Source of the DNA: a cyanobacterium endosymbiont of Rhopalodia gibba
GTDB lineage: Bacteria > Cyanobacteriota > Cyanobacteriia > Cyanobacteriales > Microcystaceae
Direction of reading: 5' to 3'
Assembly (NCBI GenBank): GCA_045159875.1
Contig: CP067995.1
Location: 992,001 to 1,056,000, forward strand
Length of the DNA: 64,000 nucleotides
The notes under the pieces were generated by a model, which saw nothing but the letters and a program-made list of their open reading frames with translations, was not told where the DNA came from and ran no database searches. Below, piece by piece: positions 32,909 to 44,641 of the stretch (within the stretch, counting starts at the first letter, position 1; each line of letters opens with the position of its first letter). The translations under genes were made by a program, and so were the position numbers.

Positions 32909-35167
32909 ATGAAATGGGATCGGCGGACTTTTCTAAAGACCTTGCTCACCTGGGGAATTAATCAAGCAGGGCTTGAATGGTTCTCTAGACAAGCAAAAAT
33001 TAAATGTTACTATCAAACCCTAGCTACGCCAACCCCCCGTAAACTGGCATTGTTGGTAGGTATTGATGACTATAGTAGTCATTACAAGTTGAAAGGATGT
33101 GTTACTGATGTTGAGCGACAAAAAGAATTACTAATTTATCGCTTCGGATTTGCCCGTAAAGATATTTTAACCTTAACGGAACAACAGGGAACTCGTGAAG
33201 GAATAGAACGTGCTTTCACCGAACATCTGATTCAACAGGCTAAAGCAGACGATGTCGTGCTGTTTCACTTCAGTGGCTATGGCAATTATGTCAAAGAAAA
33301 CCTTCATGATGTTTCCACTCTCTCGTCAACGCGAAAACGAGGGCTAGTTCCCCAAGATGGAATTTGCTCAACTCAAAGTACTCCTACAACCAACGATATT
33401 CTTGAAGAAACGCTTTTACTGTTAGGTCAATCTTTAGCTACTGATAAACTGACCATGGTCTTGGATACCAGTCATCAGTATTTAGGAAGAGAACTCGAAG
33501 GAAATCTGCAAGGACGTTCTTTTCCCTATGAGGCTCAACAACCTAGTCCAGAAGAAATGACCTTTCAAACTCAATTAAAAGAAATACTCAAAGCTAAAAA
33601 CATCCAAGCTAAACCGTCACAAATAGTTGGCACTCTACTAAGGGCTGCTCAACACCAGCAAGTAGCCACCGAAATCATAGGCAATGGCTTTAGTACCGGT
33701 TTATTCACATATATCTTAACCCAATGTCTGTGGCAAGCAACCCCCAGCAGTAAAACTATAGTTTTTCTAGAAAATTCCAGTGAACACATGTTTCCTATCA
33801 GGGGACAACAACAACAACCTCAACTCCAAGCAAGCCAAAAACAACCTCTTTTCACCTACTACATACTTCCGGTTACTCCCCAGGGAGCTGAGGGGGTGAT
33901 TATAGAAGTAGAAGAAAAAACTACCGCCACCATTAAACTAACTGGACTGCCCCTATCGGCTATACAACACTACGGACTTAATTCTTGCTTTAAGGTGGTT
34001 GGCTCCCAATCCTTACACCCCATTATCGTACAATTATACTCCCGTGATGGACTAACTGGTAAGGTTCGATTACTTCAGATACCACAAGACCAAACTGATA
34101 TATTTCCCCTACAAAAGGGACAATTGCTTCAAGAAACTTTACGTGTGATTCCCAAAACTTTAGGACTTACTGTTGCTCTCGATAAAAACTTAGAGAGAAT
34201 TGAACGGGTCGATGCGACGAGTGCTTTTGCCTCAATGAAAATCGTCTCGTCAGTCATTACAGCAGGAGAATCAGGAGCTGATTGCGTCTTGGGACGACAA
34301 CAAAAGACATTAATTTTCAATGAGGGAGATTTGTCTAAATTAGAAACAGAAGGAGGCTATGGACTTTTTTTACAAGGGGGTATTCCAGTTTCTAATACTT
34401 TCGGTCAATCAGGAGAAGCCATTAAATCGGCTGTTGATAGGCTTCGACCTACCTTTAAAAAACTTTTGGCTATCAAGTGGTGGCGGCTTACTATTAATGA
34501 AGGTTCTTCGGGATTGGGGCTAGGAGTAACCCTTAAAAATCTTGATCAAGATCCTTCCCTAGTGCTACAACGAGAAACTCTACGCAAACTCTCGTCGTTT
34601 AAAACATCTTCACCCCTAACTCAGACTGATTTGTTACCGCCGACAAGGTTTTCTCCCGATTCTCTACAACTTCAGCATTTACCTCAACTACCCCAAGGAA
34701 GTCGTTTTCAATGTCGATTGGAAAATCGAGGTGATTGTCCTATCTACTACCTAATTTTAGGAGTAGATGCCAGTGGGCAAACCACCGCCTACTTGCCTCC
34801 CCGACAAAAAAATCAAACCCAGCAAACAGCCTACCTATCTCCAGGAGAAGCCAGGCTTGTTCCTTTCTCTTCTCGAGGACTTGACTGGACACTAGCGAGT
34901 AGTCAGGGATGGGGACAAATGATGATTGTCGGTTCTAAATTTCCTTTTACGAAAACTTTAGAAACCCTAGCAGAGTTTCCAGGGTTTAAGCTTGACCAGG
35001 GGCAAATATTTGCTCTGGAGGAGCCCCTCAAAATCACACAATCGCTCTTAGAAGACTTAAATACTTCTAGAGTTTTTGCAAGTGAATCGGCGGGAACATT
35101 CACTGATTGCTATGCTCTTGATAGCAGTGCCTGGGCAACTTTAAGTATTGTATATCAAGTTGTTTAA
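32909..35167 (+). CDS. Caspase-family (C14) pseudo-orthocaspase with Tat-like signal and probable DUF4384 C-terminal domain
   Basis: RKLALLVGIDDY, LKGCVTDV, FHFSGYG (His to Tyr), VLDTSH (Cys to Ser), N-terminal RRTFLK. Confidence 0.88.
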   Translation: MKWDRRTFLKTLLTWGINQAGLEWFSRQAKIKCYYQTLATPTPRKLALLVGIDDYSSHYKLKGCVTDVERQKELLIYRFGFARKDILTLTEQQGTREGIERAFTEHLIQQAKADDVVLFHFSGYGNYVKENLHDVSTLSSTRKRGLVPQDGICSTQSTPTTNDILEETLLLLGQSLATDKLTMVLDTSHQYLGRELEGNLQGRSFPYEAQQPSPEEMTFQTQLKEILKAKNIQAKPSQIVGTLLRAAQHQQVATEIIGNGFSTGLFTYILTQCLWQATPSSKTIVFLENSSEHMFPIRGQQQQPQLQASQKQPLFTYYILPVTPQGAEGVIIEVEEKTTATIKLTGLPLSAIQHYGLNSCFKVVGSQSLHPIIVQLYSRDGLTGKVRLLQIPQDQTDIFPLQKGQLLQETLRVIPKTLGLTVALDKNLERIERVDATSAFASMKIVSSVITAGESGADCVLGRQQKTLIFNEGDLSKLETEGGYGLFLQGGIPVSNTFGQSGEAIKSAVDRLRPTFKKLLAIKWWRLTINEGSSGLGLGVTLKNLDQDPSLVLQRETLRKLSSFKTSSPLTQTDLLPPTRFSPDSLQLQHLPQLPQGSRFQCRLENRGDCPIYYLILGVDASGQTTAYLPPRQKNQTQQTAYLSPGEARLVPFSSRGLDWTLASSQGWGQMMIVGSKFPFTKTLETLAEFPGFKLDQGQIFALEEPLKITQSLLEDLNTSRVFASESAGTFTDCYALDSSAWATLSIVYQVV

Positions 35168-37499
35168 AAAATGAATTAAAGTTAAGATTTAATAGTTGAT
35201 TAAACTCACAACAATCTAGAAATTGTTATTGGCTATATCACCGATTACCATTAATTGGTTAACTCTTTCGGAGTTCTGAAGCGGCGGACCATACTTGCTT
35301 TTCTGCTCTACCTCCTAATGATTGACTATGATCACTATGGAAATTGCTTGAATATTTTGGCTAGCAATCTCCTTAATTTTATTAACAGATTACGACATTA
35401 TTGCTATTGCTGTTGAAATTAATAATCGAGAGGTAAACACTGCTTATGCTTGTATCATTAAATAGGGAGTATGGAATTATACTATACTGTTCCTTAGAGG
35501 TTCTTAAATAATTTCGAGCAACTGCTTTGAGTAAAAAGTTTTATAAACAGTTATATCAAGGATTTTTAACTCAATATTGTTGTTTTTTAAACTATGAACT
35601 TACAGAAAATATACTTTCCGAGTTATAAGATAGCAAATACTGCGATTTCGTCCTATTTTTGGGAGTATCCATTTTTATAAAAGAATTTATCTCTTCCTTT
35701 ATGAAGAACTAGTCAAAGATGATGATGAACATTTTTAAAAATTTTAATTGTCTATTGATTAGAGCGACCTTAGGAAATTAAATCATAAGAGTGGAGACAA
35801 AATGGCTGAATTTAATTACTTAACATTTGCCTAAGTAAAAAATATAAAAATCAAAAAAACCTTATTAAGAAAATATAGGAGCTCGTGGTGTCCTATCCTA
35901 GCAAAAAAAATTCAGGAGATTAGTAGAGAATATTTGCTAGCTTACTCTTCAAAATTGGAGTAATCAAAAAAATTATTTATATTAGATAATTTTCGAGTTA
36001 ATAAGTATTTAAAAACAATTTAAAAAACAAAAAAAACCTGAATAAATTATTATATTTTTAAATTAAAAATGAATAACAAACTAGGAACTAGTTTAGTAAA
36101 TATGCTAATTTTTTTTTGTAAGGATATTGTTATCATATTTAATGTCAAACATACTTATCTAAAAAAGTTTTCCTGACTTAGGGTAAAAAGGTAAATTTAC
36201 CTTATATTATACTTTTCTTAAAAACTATTAAAGTTTTGAACGTTAGCAGTTTCTATTTTAGACAATCGATAACGTTGTTGTGTTTTGACTTCGATGTTAA
36301 TAATGACAAGAGTTTTTTAAATATAGTCAAATTCATGTTTAAAGGAACTGGATAAGTATATTTTGTGAATGGAACTAAAAATATAGCACCGTGTGATAAT
36401 TATTCTGAAATAAGGGCTATATCCCTACTATTAAGGAAAAATTGAGCTTACGTATATCCTAAAAATAACTTCTACTTAACTGGATCAACTAGACCATAAA
36501 GTTATATTTTTTTAGTCAATTAAAATTAATTTTGAGGGAACAGACTAGCTCTATATCACCCCAAGTATTGAACTGAATTTAAAGTTCTCTCAAGCCAGAA
36601 AAGATTAACTATTTCCCAATAAATAAGCTAATATTGATTTTGATTAAGTAAGTCCTTTTAAACAGATTTTTTAGGAATTTACTAAATCTATTAGATCAGA
36701 AAAATAAATATAAAAATAAAATTTAGTTATAGATAATAGGCCAGTTAACACTCATAATTATCGACTTTTATGCAACTTAGTGTGTTGATGTAAATTACTA
36801 AAATCTATCTTAAAAATTATCTTTAAAGAAAATTACTTTATTATGGCTATAGTTTATCTTGATAAAGAGCTGAAACTAGCTCAACAGTACCAAGTTAAAG
36901 GAGTTACTGATATTAAATGACTGTCGATAATGAAATAATATCAGCTTTGGTCGGGGTTTTACCTGAACTAGAAATATAGGTATCACTTAAAAAATTTAAC
37001 TTTTAATTATACTTAGTATTAAAAATCGAAGAAATCTGTGCTTTAATTACAACTTTAAATGTCATTAAAACCAAACAAGTTTCTAATCAATTATTAGCTA
37101 AATATCCTAAAAAAAAATCAGTAATTGTATTAAATGATAGTTTTTCTGTTCGTATTTTTAGTATAGAATATACTACCAAAATATCAGTAGCTGCTAGTAT
37201 CAATATTCGAGTTTATTATTCTAAAATTGAACTAAATATATACTTTAATTGAAGTTTTTTTAAGAAAATATTGATAATTCCAGAAAAAGTGAACTGATAA
37301 AATGTCTGCTAAAGTGGATTAGTCAATTTTAATAAAAGATTAAATTATCGTAATGACGAGGCAATGAAAATCATAATCTATATTTTTAACTTACTGAGAA
37401 ATAAATATTTTTAACTAATCAATAGTAGCAATTATTAAGACTATTATTGATTAGTTTTTATCTATTTAAAAAACAGTGGCAATAGGACAAGTTAAATCT

Positions 37500-37552
37500 A
37501 GTCCCCCATCCTCAGCCTCTTGTTTAAAACAAGAGGCTGAGGATGGGGGACT
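37500..37552. repeat. Perfect GC-rich inverted repeat, 26-bp arms, 1-nt spacer
   Basis: AGTCCCCCATCCTCAGCCTCTTGTTT-A-AAACAAGAGGCTGAGGATGGGGGACT. Confidence 0.95.
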
Positions 37553-37713
37553 GAAAGAAATAGCTATTCCCCGACTGACCATTTACCGATAATATAGAAA
37601 ATGCTCACTTCAATTGATTAGTGACACAGACCTTAGGGAATGGCATCACCCGCCCCATTTCCTCCCCATGACGACATCCTCGGAAGGGGTATTTAGCGGT
37701 AAATTAAGGATTA

Positions 37714-37962
37714 ATGAACCAAGAAATCTTTGAAAAAGTTAAAAGTATCGTTATCGAACAACTTGAAGTTGCTCCAGAAACGGTAACACCAGAATCAAGT
37801 TTTGCTAATGACTTAGGAGCAGATTCCCTAGATACTGTTGAGCTGGTTATGGCATTAGAGGAAGCATTTGATATTGAAATTCCTGACGAAGTAGCCGAGC
37901 AAATTGACACAGTTGGCAAAGCTGTTGAACACATCGGTAAAAAAATTGTAGCAACCACTTAA
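37714..37962 (+). CDS. acpP: Acyl carrier protein
   Basis: [20 protein letters not shown]. Confidence 0.98.
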   Translation: MNQEIFEKVKSIVIEQLEVAPETVTPESSFANDLGADSLDTVELVMALEEAFDIEIPDEVAEQIDTVGKAVEHIGKKIVATT

Positions 37963-38053
37963 CCTCACTTGTGGGGAGAAGTTGCTGTCCCCATCCCTTA
38001 CTCTCCCTATAATCTACAGGGTAGAGTTAGCCTAATATCTTTAAGCGAAGATC

Positions 38054-39304
38054 ATGACCAATTCAGAATTAAAGCGCGTTGTCGTAACAGGACTAGGTGC
38101 AATAACCCCTATTGGCAATAACCTGATGGAATATTGGGACGGATTAGTTAGTGGCCGCAATGGGATTGGGTTAATTACTCATTTCGATGCCGCCCAGCAT
38201 GCCTGCCGTTTTGCCGGAGAAGTCAAAGGATTTGACCCCCACGATTACTTAGACCGGAAAGAAGCTAAACGGATGGACCGTTTTGCACAATTTGGGGTAG
38301 CGGCGAGTTTACAAACCTTAGCTGATTCCCAGTTAGTGATTAATAAGCTTAATGCAGACCAAGTAGGAGTCATGATTGGGACGGGAATTGGCGGTCTAAA
38401 GGTACTCGAGGATCAACAAAAAATCTACCTTGACCGTGGCCCCAGTCGTTCTAGTCCCTTCATGATTCCCATGATGATTGCTAATATGGCTGCTGGATTA
38501 ACAGCAATCCATACGGGAGCGAAAGGACCAAATAGCTGTACGGTGACTGCTTGTGCTGCTGGTTCCAATGCTGTAGGAGACGCTTTTCGCCTAGTGCAAC
38601 GAGGTTATGCCAAAGCGATGATTTGTGGGGGGACGGAAGCTGCTATTACGCCCTTGGGAATAAGCGGATTTGCGGCAGCTCGAGCTTTGTCAACTCGCAA
38701 TGATTATCCAGCAATGGCCTGTCGTCCTTTTGATCGTGATCGCGATGGGTTCGTGATGGGTGAAGGGGTGGGAATCCTAATCCTTGAAGAACTAGAACAC
38801 GCTCTCGATCGTGAGGCTGAAATTTATGCCGAAATCGTCGGCTATGGGATGACTTGTGATGCTTATCATATGACATCTCCTGTTCCTGATGGTTGCGGCG
38901 CAACCCGAGCGATGGAACTGGCGTTAGCCGATGCGGGACTGATTCCAGAACAAGTGAATTATATTAATGCTCACGGAACCAGTACTTTAGCTAATGATGT
39001 CACGGAAACTAAAGCTATTAAAAAAGCTTTGGGAAAACACGCTTACAAAATTCTCATTAGTTCTACCAAGTCGATGACAGGCCATTTATTAGGGGGGTCT
39101 GGAGGCATAGAAGCAGTAGCCACTGCCATGGCGATTGCTAAGGGAAGAGTTCCTCCTACAATTAATTTAGATAATCCTGATCCTGAGTGTGATCTTAATT
39201 ATGTACCTCATGAAAGTTGCTATTTTGATATTAAAGTTGCCTTATCTAATTCCTTTGGATTTGGCGGACATAATGTCACCTTAGCTTTTAAGAAATATCA
39301 GTAA
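38054..39304 (+). CDS. fabF: Beta-ketoacyl-ACP synthase II
   Basis: RVVVTGLG, TACAAG, NAHGTST, GHLLG, SNSFGFGGHN. Confidence 0.98.
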   Translation: MTNSELKRVVVTGLGAITPIGNNLMEYWDGLVSGRNGIGLITHFDAAQHACRFAGEVKGFDPHDYLDRKEAKRMDRFAQFGVAASLQTLADSQLVINKLNADQVGVMIGTGIGGLKVLEDQQKIYLDRGPSRSSPFMIPMMIANMAAGLTAIHTGAKGPNSCTVTACAAGSNAVGDAFRLVQRGYAKAMICGGTEAAITPLGISGFAAARALSTRNDYPAMACRPFDRDRDGFVMGEGVGILILEELEHALDREAEIYAEIVGYGMTCDAYHMTSPVPDGCGATRAMELALADAGLIPEQVNYINAHGTSTLANDVTETKAIKKALGKHAYKILISSTKSMTGHLLGGSGGIEAVATAMAIAKGRVPPTINLDNPDPECDLNYVPHESCYFDIKVALSNSFGFGGHNVTLAFKKYQ

Positions 39305-39323
39305 ACAAGAAAAATAAGTTATT

Positions 39324-39350
39324 AATCTCCTTACTGTTAGTAAGGAGATT
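39324..39350 (+). terminator. Hairpin downstream of fabF
   Basis: AATCTCCTTACT-GTT-AGTAAGGAGATT, perfect 12-bp stem. Confidence 0.7.
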
Positions 39351-41679
39351 GTCAATTGAGAAATCGATCAATTCAACCCCAAAATATAACTTTTTGTAGA
39401 GTAACTCTGACAAAATTAAAATAAATAAAAGTTAAAAATCTTACTTAAAAATATAAGTTCAAGTAGACTTAAAAACACAGTTATTATCTTCAATATTTTT
39501 AGCTTGAATCTGAACAAAGTTGACAAATATATAAAATAGTAACTGCAGAAGTAAAGATTAAAATTTTTGTTAAAAAACAGAAATAGACAAGATTAATTAG
39601 ACTTTCTCTTAAACTTCAATAAAAGTTTTTTTAGGTTTATTAAGTATAAAAAATTAGTTGAATAAAAAAAATATAAATTTTTTAAACCCTACAAAATTAA
39701 GAAAAAAAATTTTTTGAAGTCATCTCGCTCAATATATATAAAAAGTGATAAGATTAAAAATATTTAAAACTTTTTTAGCGGTTAGATGCTTAATAAAGCA
39801 TTTAGAGTTTCTTTCATAAACTCCAAATAAACTAGACTGAGAGTGATGAAAGCGACGAGGCACCACTAATTCCATCAAAGTAAAAAGTCTGAGCACAATG
39901 CTTAATAAAAACATCAATTATTTAATTGTTTTTCTAGTGTTAGAAATAAATTAGTAGAACTAGTAAATTACCCTTTTAGGGAGATTATCTTCAAAAACTA
40001 AATTTTAGTTTACAAATATTTCCAGTTTGTAATTAAGGTCAAAACAAAAACTTGTTAACAAGAAGATTCGACACTGCTGATTTCACAACTTTTATATACT
40101 TTTTTCTAGTTAATCTTTGTTCTAATTGAGAATTTAGGATATCCAGTCAAATATCAAACGATTATTTTAAAAAAATAATCGTATTTTATCTGTAAATAAC
40201 TTCTTATTGTTATTTAGTATTTATACGAAAAAATAAAGCTTTTTCTTAAAAGCTAAACGTTTTTTTAAGTCTTTAATCTGAAAGAATCCCAAAACATTCT
40301 ACCTGGCAAACATTCATCTTTCTTCTCATTTGATAACTTTTTTTCAATTTTGGGTTAAATTTAAATATTTTCTAATATATTTTTGAAGTTATTACCAATC
40401 AATAGTATTTCTAATTTTCTTTATATTTTTTGACTATTTTAATCATTTTTATTGGGGAATTTTTTACCTAATTAGCTAACAATTTTGGACTAGATTCGGA
40501 TATGGCTAAGGGAAAACAATAGATTTTTTTATCTCCACAACTTTTAGCTCCATTATTTGAGGTTAACACCTTTGAATTCTTTAAATATAGGAATTCTTTA
40601 TAACCTAAAGTTTTTGTCAACTTTTTCCATGTTGGTAGATGATCTAATTCATCCTCTTCATTTGCAGCTAGCTACTAATAAGTAGCTTTTTAATATGTCT
40701 AATATAGCAAATATTTAGCATTATTGTCTTGAATAAGGGCATTGATCTTCACTATATCCAAATTTAATTCAAGATTTTTAAAAGTCTTCTAGGATGTGAT
40801 GAAATGTTGGAAAACTGCTGATGTCACTTCTTGCTTGAGTGAACAAATTTTCGGACCATGACATCTTTATCTGAGAAATGCTCTCTATATATTATATATC
40901 AAGAGTTCTGAACTAATTTCCACAAAGGTCATTTTTTACTTCTTCATCTCGAATTTTTTAGCCTATTATTCTTTCTAGGCTTCTTTAAAGCTCCTATACT
41001 CATTTTTCTAGGCGACAATTCTATGATCAGTCTCACTCACTATATAAGTCAATAACGATGTCGTTAGTTCTCCGTAATTTAATCCTTTACAATTGCCATG
41101 GGTTTATGGCAGATTATTGTCTATAATAAATAAAACTTTAATTGATTTTAAGCAATCAATAATTGAGAAAAAATTATCTATTCGTTCTAACTGTATCTAA
41201 GACACATTTAATAAACTGATTCTTGTTCAACACTTGATTAGCTCGACCTTTCTCGCTCACCCTACTTCTTTAAGACTAAGCCAGGAGTCAGTTAGATAAT
41301 TGAATAGTTGTTGGTCATTATCGAATTTTTTATTCTTTTCTGAAATTTATTTAAAAAAATTAATGCTTTCTTCTTTCTAAGTTTTCTCCCCTTCACTCCT
41401 CGGAAAATTCTAAAATCTTTCTCTTCTTTGAAGAATATGTGGAAACTATCCTTCAATTTGGATAGGAGTATAGATTCAATACAATCTGCAATTTCCTCAA
41501 CTTTTTATTCTTTTGTGTTTTAAAGATAAAACTCCTGATCTTGTTCTAGTTCTGGAAAGAATTTCAACAGAATTAGGATGGCAAACTGACATTTAGCGAT
41601 CATTTTTTGTTAAACTATTTTGCTATTTCACACTTGTTTAAACTAACTTACCTATCTAGTTAAAGAAGAACAAAAAATA

Positions 41680-43041
41680 CTAACCTGACCAAAAAATTCG
41701 AGCAAACAAACAAGCAGATAAAATTCCTGAAGTATCTGCTAACAAAGCAGCTACTAATCCATGGCGAATATTTGTAATCCCAATTGATCCAAAATAAACC
41801 GCTAACACATAAAAAGTAGTTTCTGTACTACCCATAATAATTGAAGAAACAAAGGCACTGTAGGAGTTAGGATCGCGTTCTATCGCCTCAGTCATTAAGG
41901 CAAATGCGCCATTTCCAGACAAGGGACGTAATAAAGCCATCGGTAATACATCGACTGGAAGACCAATCCAGTTGGTATAGGGACTCAAAAAATGAATAAT
42001 TTTATCCATTGCCCCCGATGCACGAAACATGCCAATAGCCACTAAAATTGCTACTAAAAAGGGGATAATTTGGATGGCAATATCAAACCCTTGTTTAGCT
42101 CCCTCAGTAACTGCTTCATAAACTTTAACTCCCCGTCCAACACCATAGATAACAATTAATAAAATTAACGCAGGAAGTAACCAATGAGAGATAAATTCTT
42201 GGCGGATAAATTCTCCTAAATCATTACTATTGATTGCCCGATAAAGAATAGCTCCTAAAAATGCTCCAAAACATCCCCAGGAAAAAAAGCGAGATAATAA
42301 ACCAGGAGAATACAAAAGATGGTCAAAATTGGAGTTTTCTTCTGTTTCTATTAAGCTATCTGTTTTAATAGATTTCTCTTTTATCTCAGATTTCTGCAGA
42401 GAAGATTGAAACGACAATTTAGCATAATTCTGATCTCTTTTTCCCAACCAAACTGAAACCGAGATTCCTAAAACTGTTGAAACCGTTGTTGCTAAGAAAG
42501 TTGGTATCCAAATGGCAGCAGGAAGGGTACTTCCTGCCGCCGCCCGCACCCCAATGACTCCTAGGGGGAATAGTGCAACACTAGAAGTATTGATCGCTAA
42601 AAATAGACACATAGCATTAGTAGCTGTCCCTGGAAGGGGATTTAGCTTATCGAGTTCAGCCATCGCCTTTAGCCCAAAAGGGGTAGCGGCATTTCCTAGT
42701 CCTAACATATTGGCAGAGATGTTTAACAACATTGCTCCCATCGCGGGATGAGCGGGAGGAACACTAGGAAATAACTGAATCATCAAAGGTTTAATCCATT
42801 CTGCTAGGGTTAACATTAATCCTCCAGCTTCTAACACGCGGATCAATCCTAACCACAGTGCCATAATTCCAATTAACCCAACGGCTAATTCAACAGCACT
42901 TTTAGCTGAGTCTACGCTAGCTTTTGTTATGGCTTCCATCCCGCCTGTATACCCTGCTAAAAGGATAGAAATGGACATTAGTCCAACAAAAACAAGGTCA
43001 ATTGCGCTGGGCCGTCCAGCCTGAGAACGCAGAAAGGTCAT
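41680..43041 (-). CDS. SpmA-SpmB fusion membrane protein (nucleoside-recognition Gate domains)
   Basis: ANMLGLGNAATPFGLKAM, FLAINTSS, GAKQGF, RPLSG, GSTETTFYVLAVYFGS. Confidence 0.9.
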   Translation of the reverse strand: MTFLRSQAGRPSAIDLVFVGLMSISILLAGYTGGMEAITKASVDSAKSAVELAVGLIGIMALWLGLIRVLEAGGLMLTLAEWIKPLMIQLFPSVPPAHPAMGAMLLNISANMLGLGNAATPFGLKAMAELDKLNPLPGTATNAMCLFLAINTSSVALFPLGVIGVRAAAGSTLPAAIWIPTFLATTVSTVLGISVSVWLGKRDQNYAKLSFQSSLQKSEIKEKSIKTDSLIETEENSNFDHLLYSPGLLSRFFSWGCFGAFLGAILYRAINSNDLGEFIRQEFISHWLLPALILLIVIYGVGRGVKVYEAVTEGAKQGFDIAIQIIPFLVAILVAIGMFRASGAMDKIIHFLSPYTNWIGLPVDVLPMALLRPLSGNGAFALMTEAIERDPNSYSAFVSSIIMGSTETTFYVLAVYFGSIGITNIRHGLVAALLADTSGILSACLFARIFWSG

Positions 43042-43326
43042 AAACTATTAGAGTAAGAGTTAACACTCGTATAATTCTGTGTCTAAACATTATCCCCGAT
43101 TTTAGTTCCACGTCAAATAATTTGAATCTAGGACTTGAATTGTAAATTTAAAAAACCTAAGACTAATTTTTCAAGACTTATAAAAGGTACGAAATATTTT
43201 CTAGAAACACTTCAAATTTTGACAAAAAAGTTACTGCCTAATTACTGGTGCTCACAGTACGCTCACAGTTACTTCATATTTTAATTTATCTATCAGTCAT
43301 CGATAATTATAGATCAACTCTTTGCT

Positions 43327-44333
43327 ATCAGTAATTACATTGTTTTTCTAGCTACCTCATCGGCTATCTATGGCATCTTTGCACTAGGGTTAAACCTACA
43401 ATAAGGGTTTACAGGACTTACTAACTTCGGAGTGGTTGTATTTATTTATGACCTTGGGAGCTTACACCACAGTTCTCTTAACGATTAGAGGCTTTCCTAT
43501 AATTTTTGCTATATTGATTGGGGCGATTTTTTATAAATTATAGGACTAGGAATTGGTCTATCGACACTGCGTTTAGTAGAAAACTATTTAACAGCCGTAT
43601 CTGCATTAATTCGCCCAATTGTTAATAATGAATAATGGCTGATAGGTGCAACTTTTGGTAGAAAAAAAGCTATCCCTCTCCCTTGGATTTTAAAGGTAAT
43701 TTCTTTACTAAATTTATCTTGTTAATTGTGTTAACTTTATTAAGAATTTACGCTGAATTGCTATTATGGAATAGTCTCTCTCAACAATTGCAATAATATC
43801 AACGGATTCAAGGAAAAAGTGTTAAACATAGAAAACCTATAAGTTTGATGGACTGGGAATTCCTAACTACATCATCTATTATTTTAGTTTATGTTCCTGG
43901 AACTATTGCTATTTCTAACTATACGTACAAAGTTTAATTGATGGTGTTAGCTTTATTGACATTACCCATTGTTTATACAGGATTAGAATTTTAGGTCATT
44001 CCCCTTGGGGACGTATTTTAAAAGTAATTATAGAACTTTTACTTTGCTTGTAAGTTAACCACTATTTGTCTAAAAAAATTGAAACTGTCATCAACTTTTA
44101 ATGTTTGTATCATTGTTGTTTTATGAGCTGCAGGAAGTAACGTAGGAGTAATTTTAGAATCGATTATTTTTGGAACTTACGATTCTAGAACTTGTTTTAT
44201 TCTACCTCACTTAAAAATGTTTACTCAAAGTCAGATAGGGGCATTTCATGTGATGGTTATTGGCTTAATTTTAATGATCTTGTGACCCCAAGTAATTTGG
44301 GGCAGAACAGAAGAACTTACTCTAGAAAAATGA
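43327..44333 (+). pseudogene. natC: Branched-chain/neutral amino acid ABC permease (LivM/NatC) pseudogene
   Basis: IYGIFALGLNLQ*GFTGLTNFG, TLGAYTTVLL, GSNVGVIL, IGLILMIL, PQVIWGRTEELTLEK*; deletions and frameshifts. Confidence 0.85.
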
Positions 44334-44641
44334 TTTAAAAAAAATTAAAATTAGTAAAATAGGTACGTCTATAAGGGATGTAATAAAAACACAATCAACA
44401 AAGACTTAAAGTTTTGATTTATATAAAAATCAAGATTGTGGAGTTTATAGAATACAGTTTAAAAAAATTATGAAGTTATTAGCCACTAATTTATCAGACT
44501 TAGTCTAGAAGAGTTGTGAAATATAATTTTTGTAAACTTTTTGTATGATTGCAATCATTAATTACTCAAGCGAAAATACTAAAAATAGATGAGAAGAGGT
44601 GGGACCTTCCCACCCCAAAAAACGCAGACTATTTCTCATTA

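Noticed and set aside
35170..37400. Possible gene relics downstream of the caspase-like gene
   Set aside because: No family motif recognisable by manual translation
39729..41602. 62-aa ORF and a longer stop-riddled minus-strand relic
   Set aside because: Probably a pseudogene, but I cannot assign it
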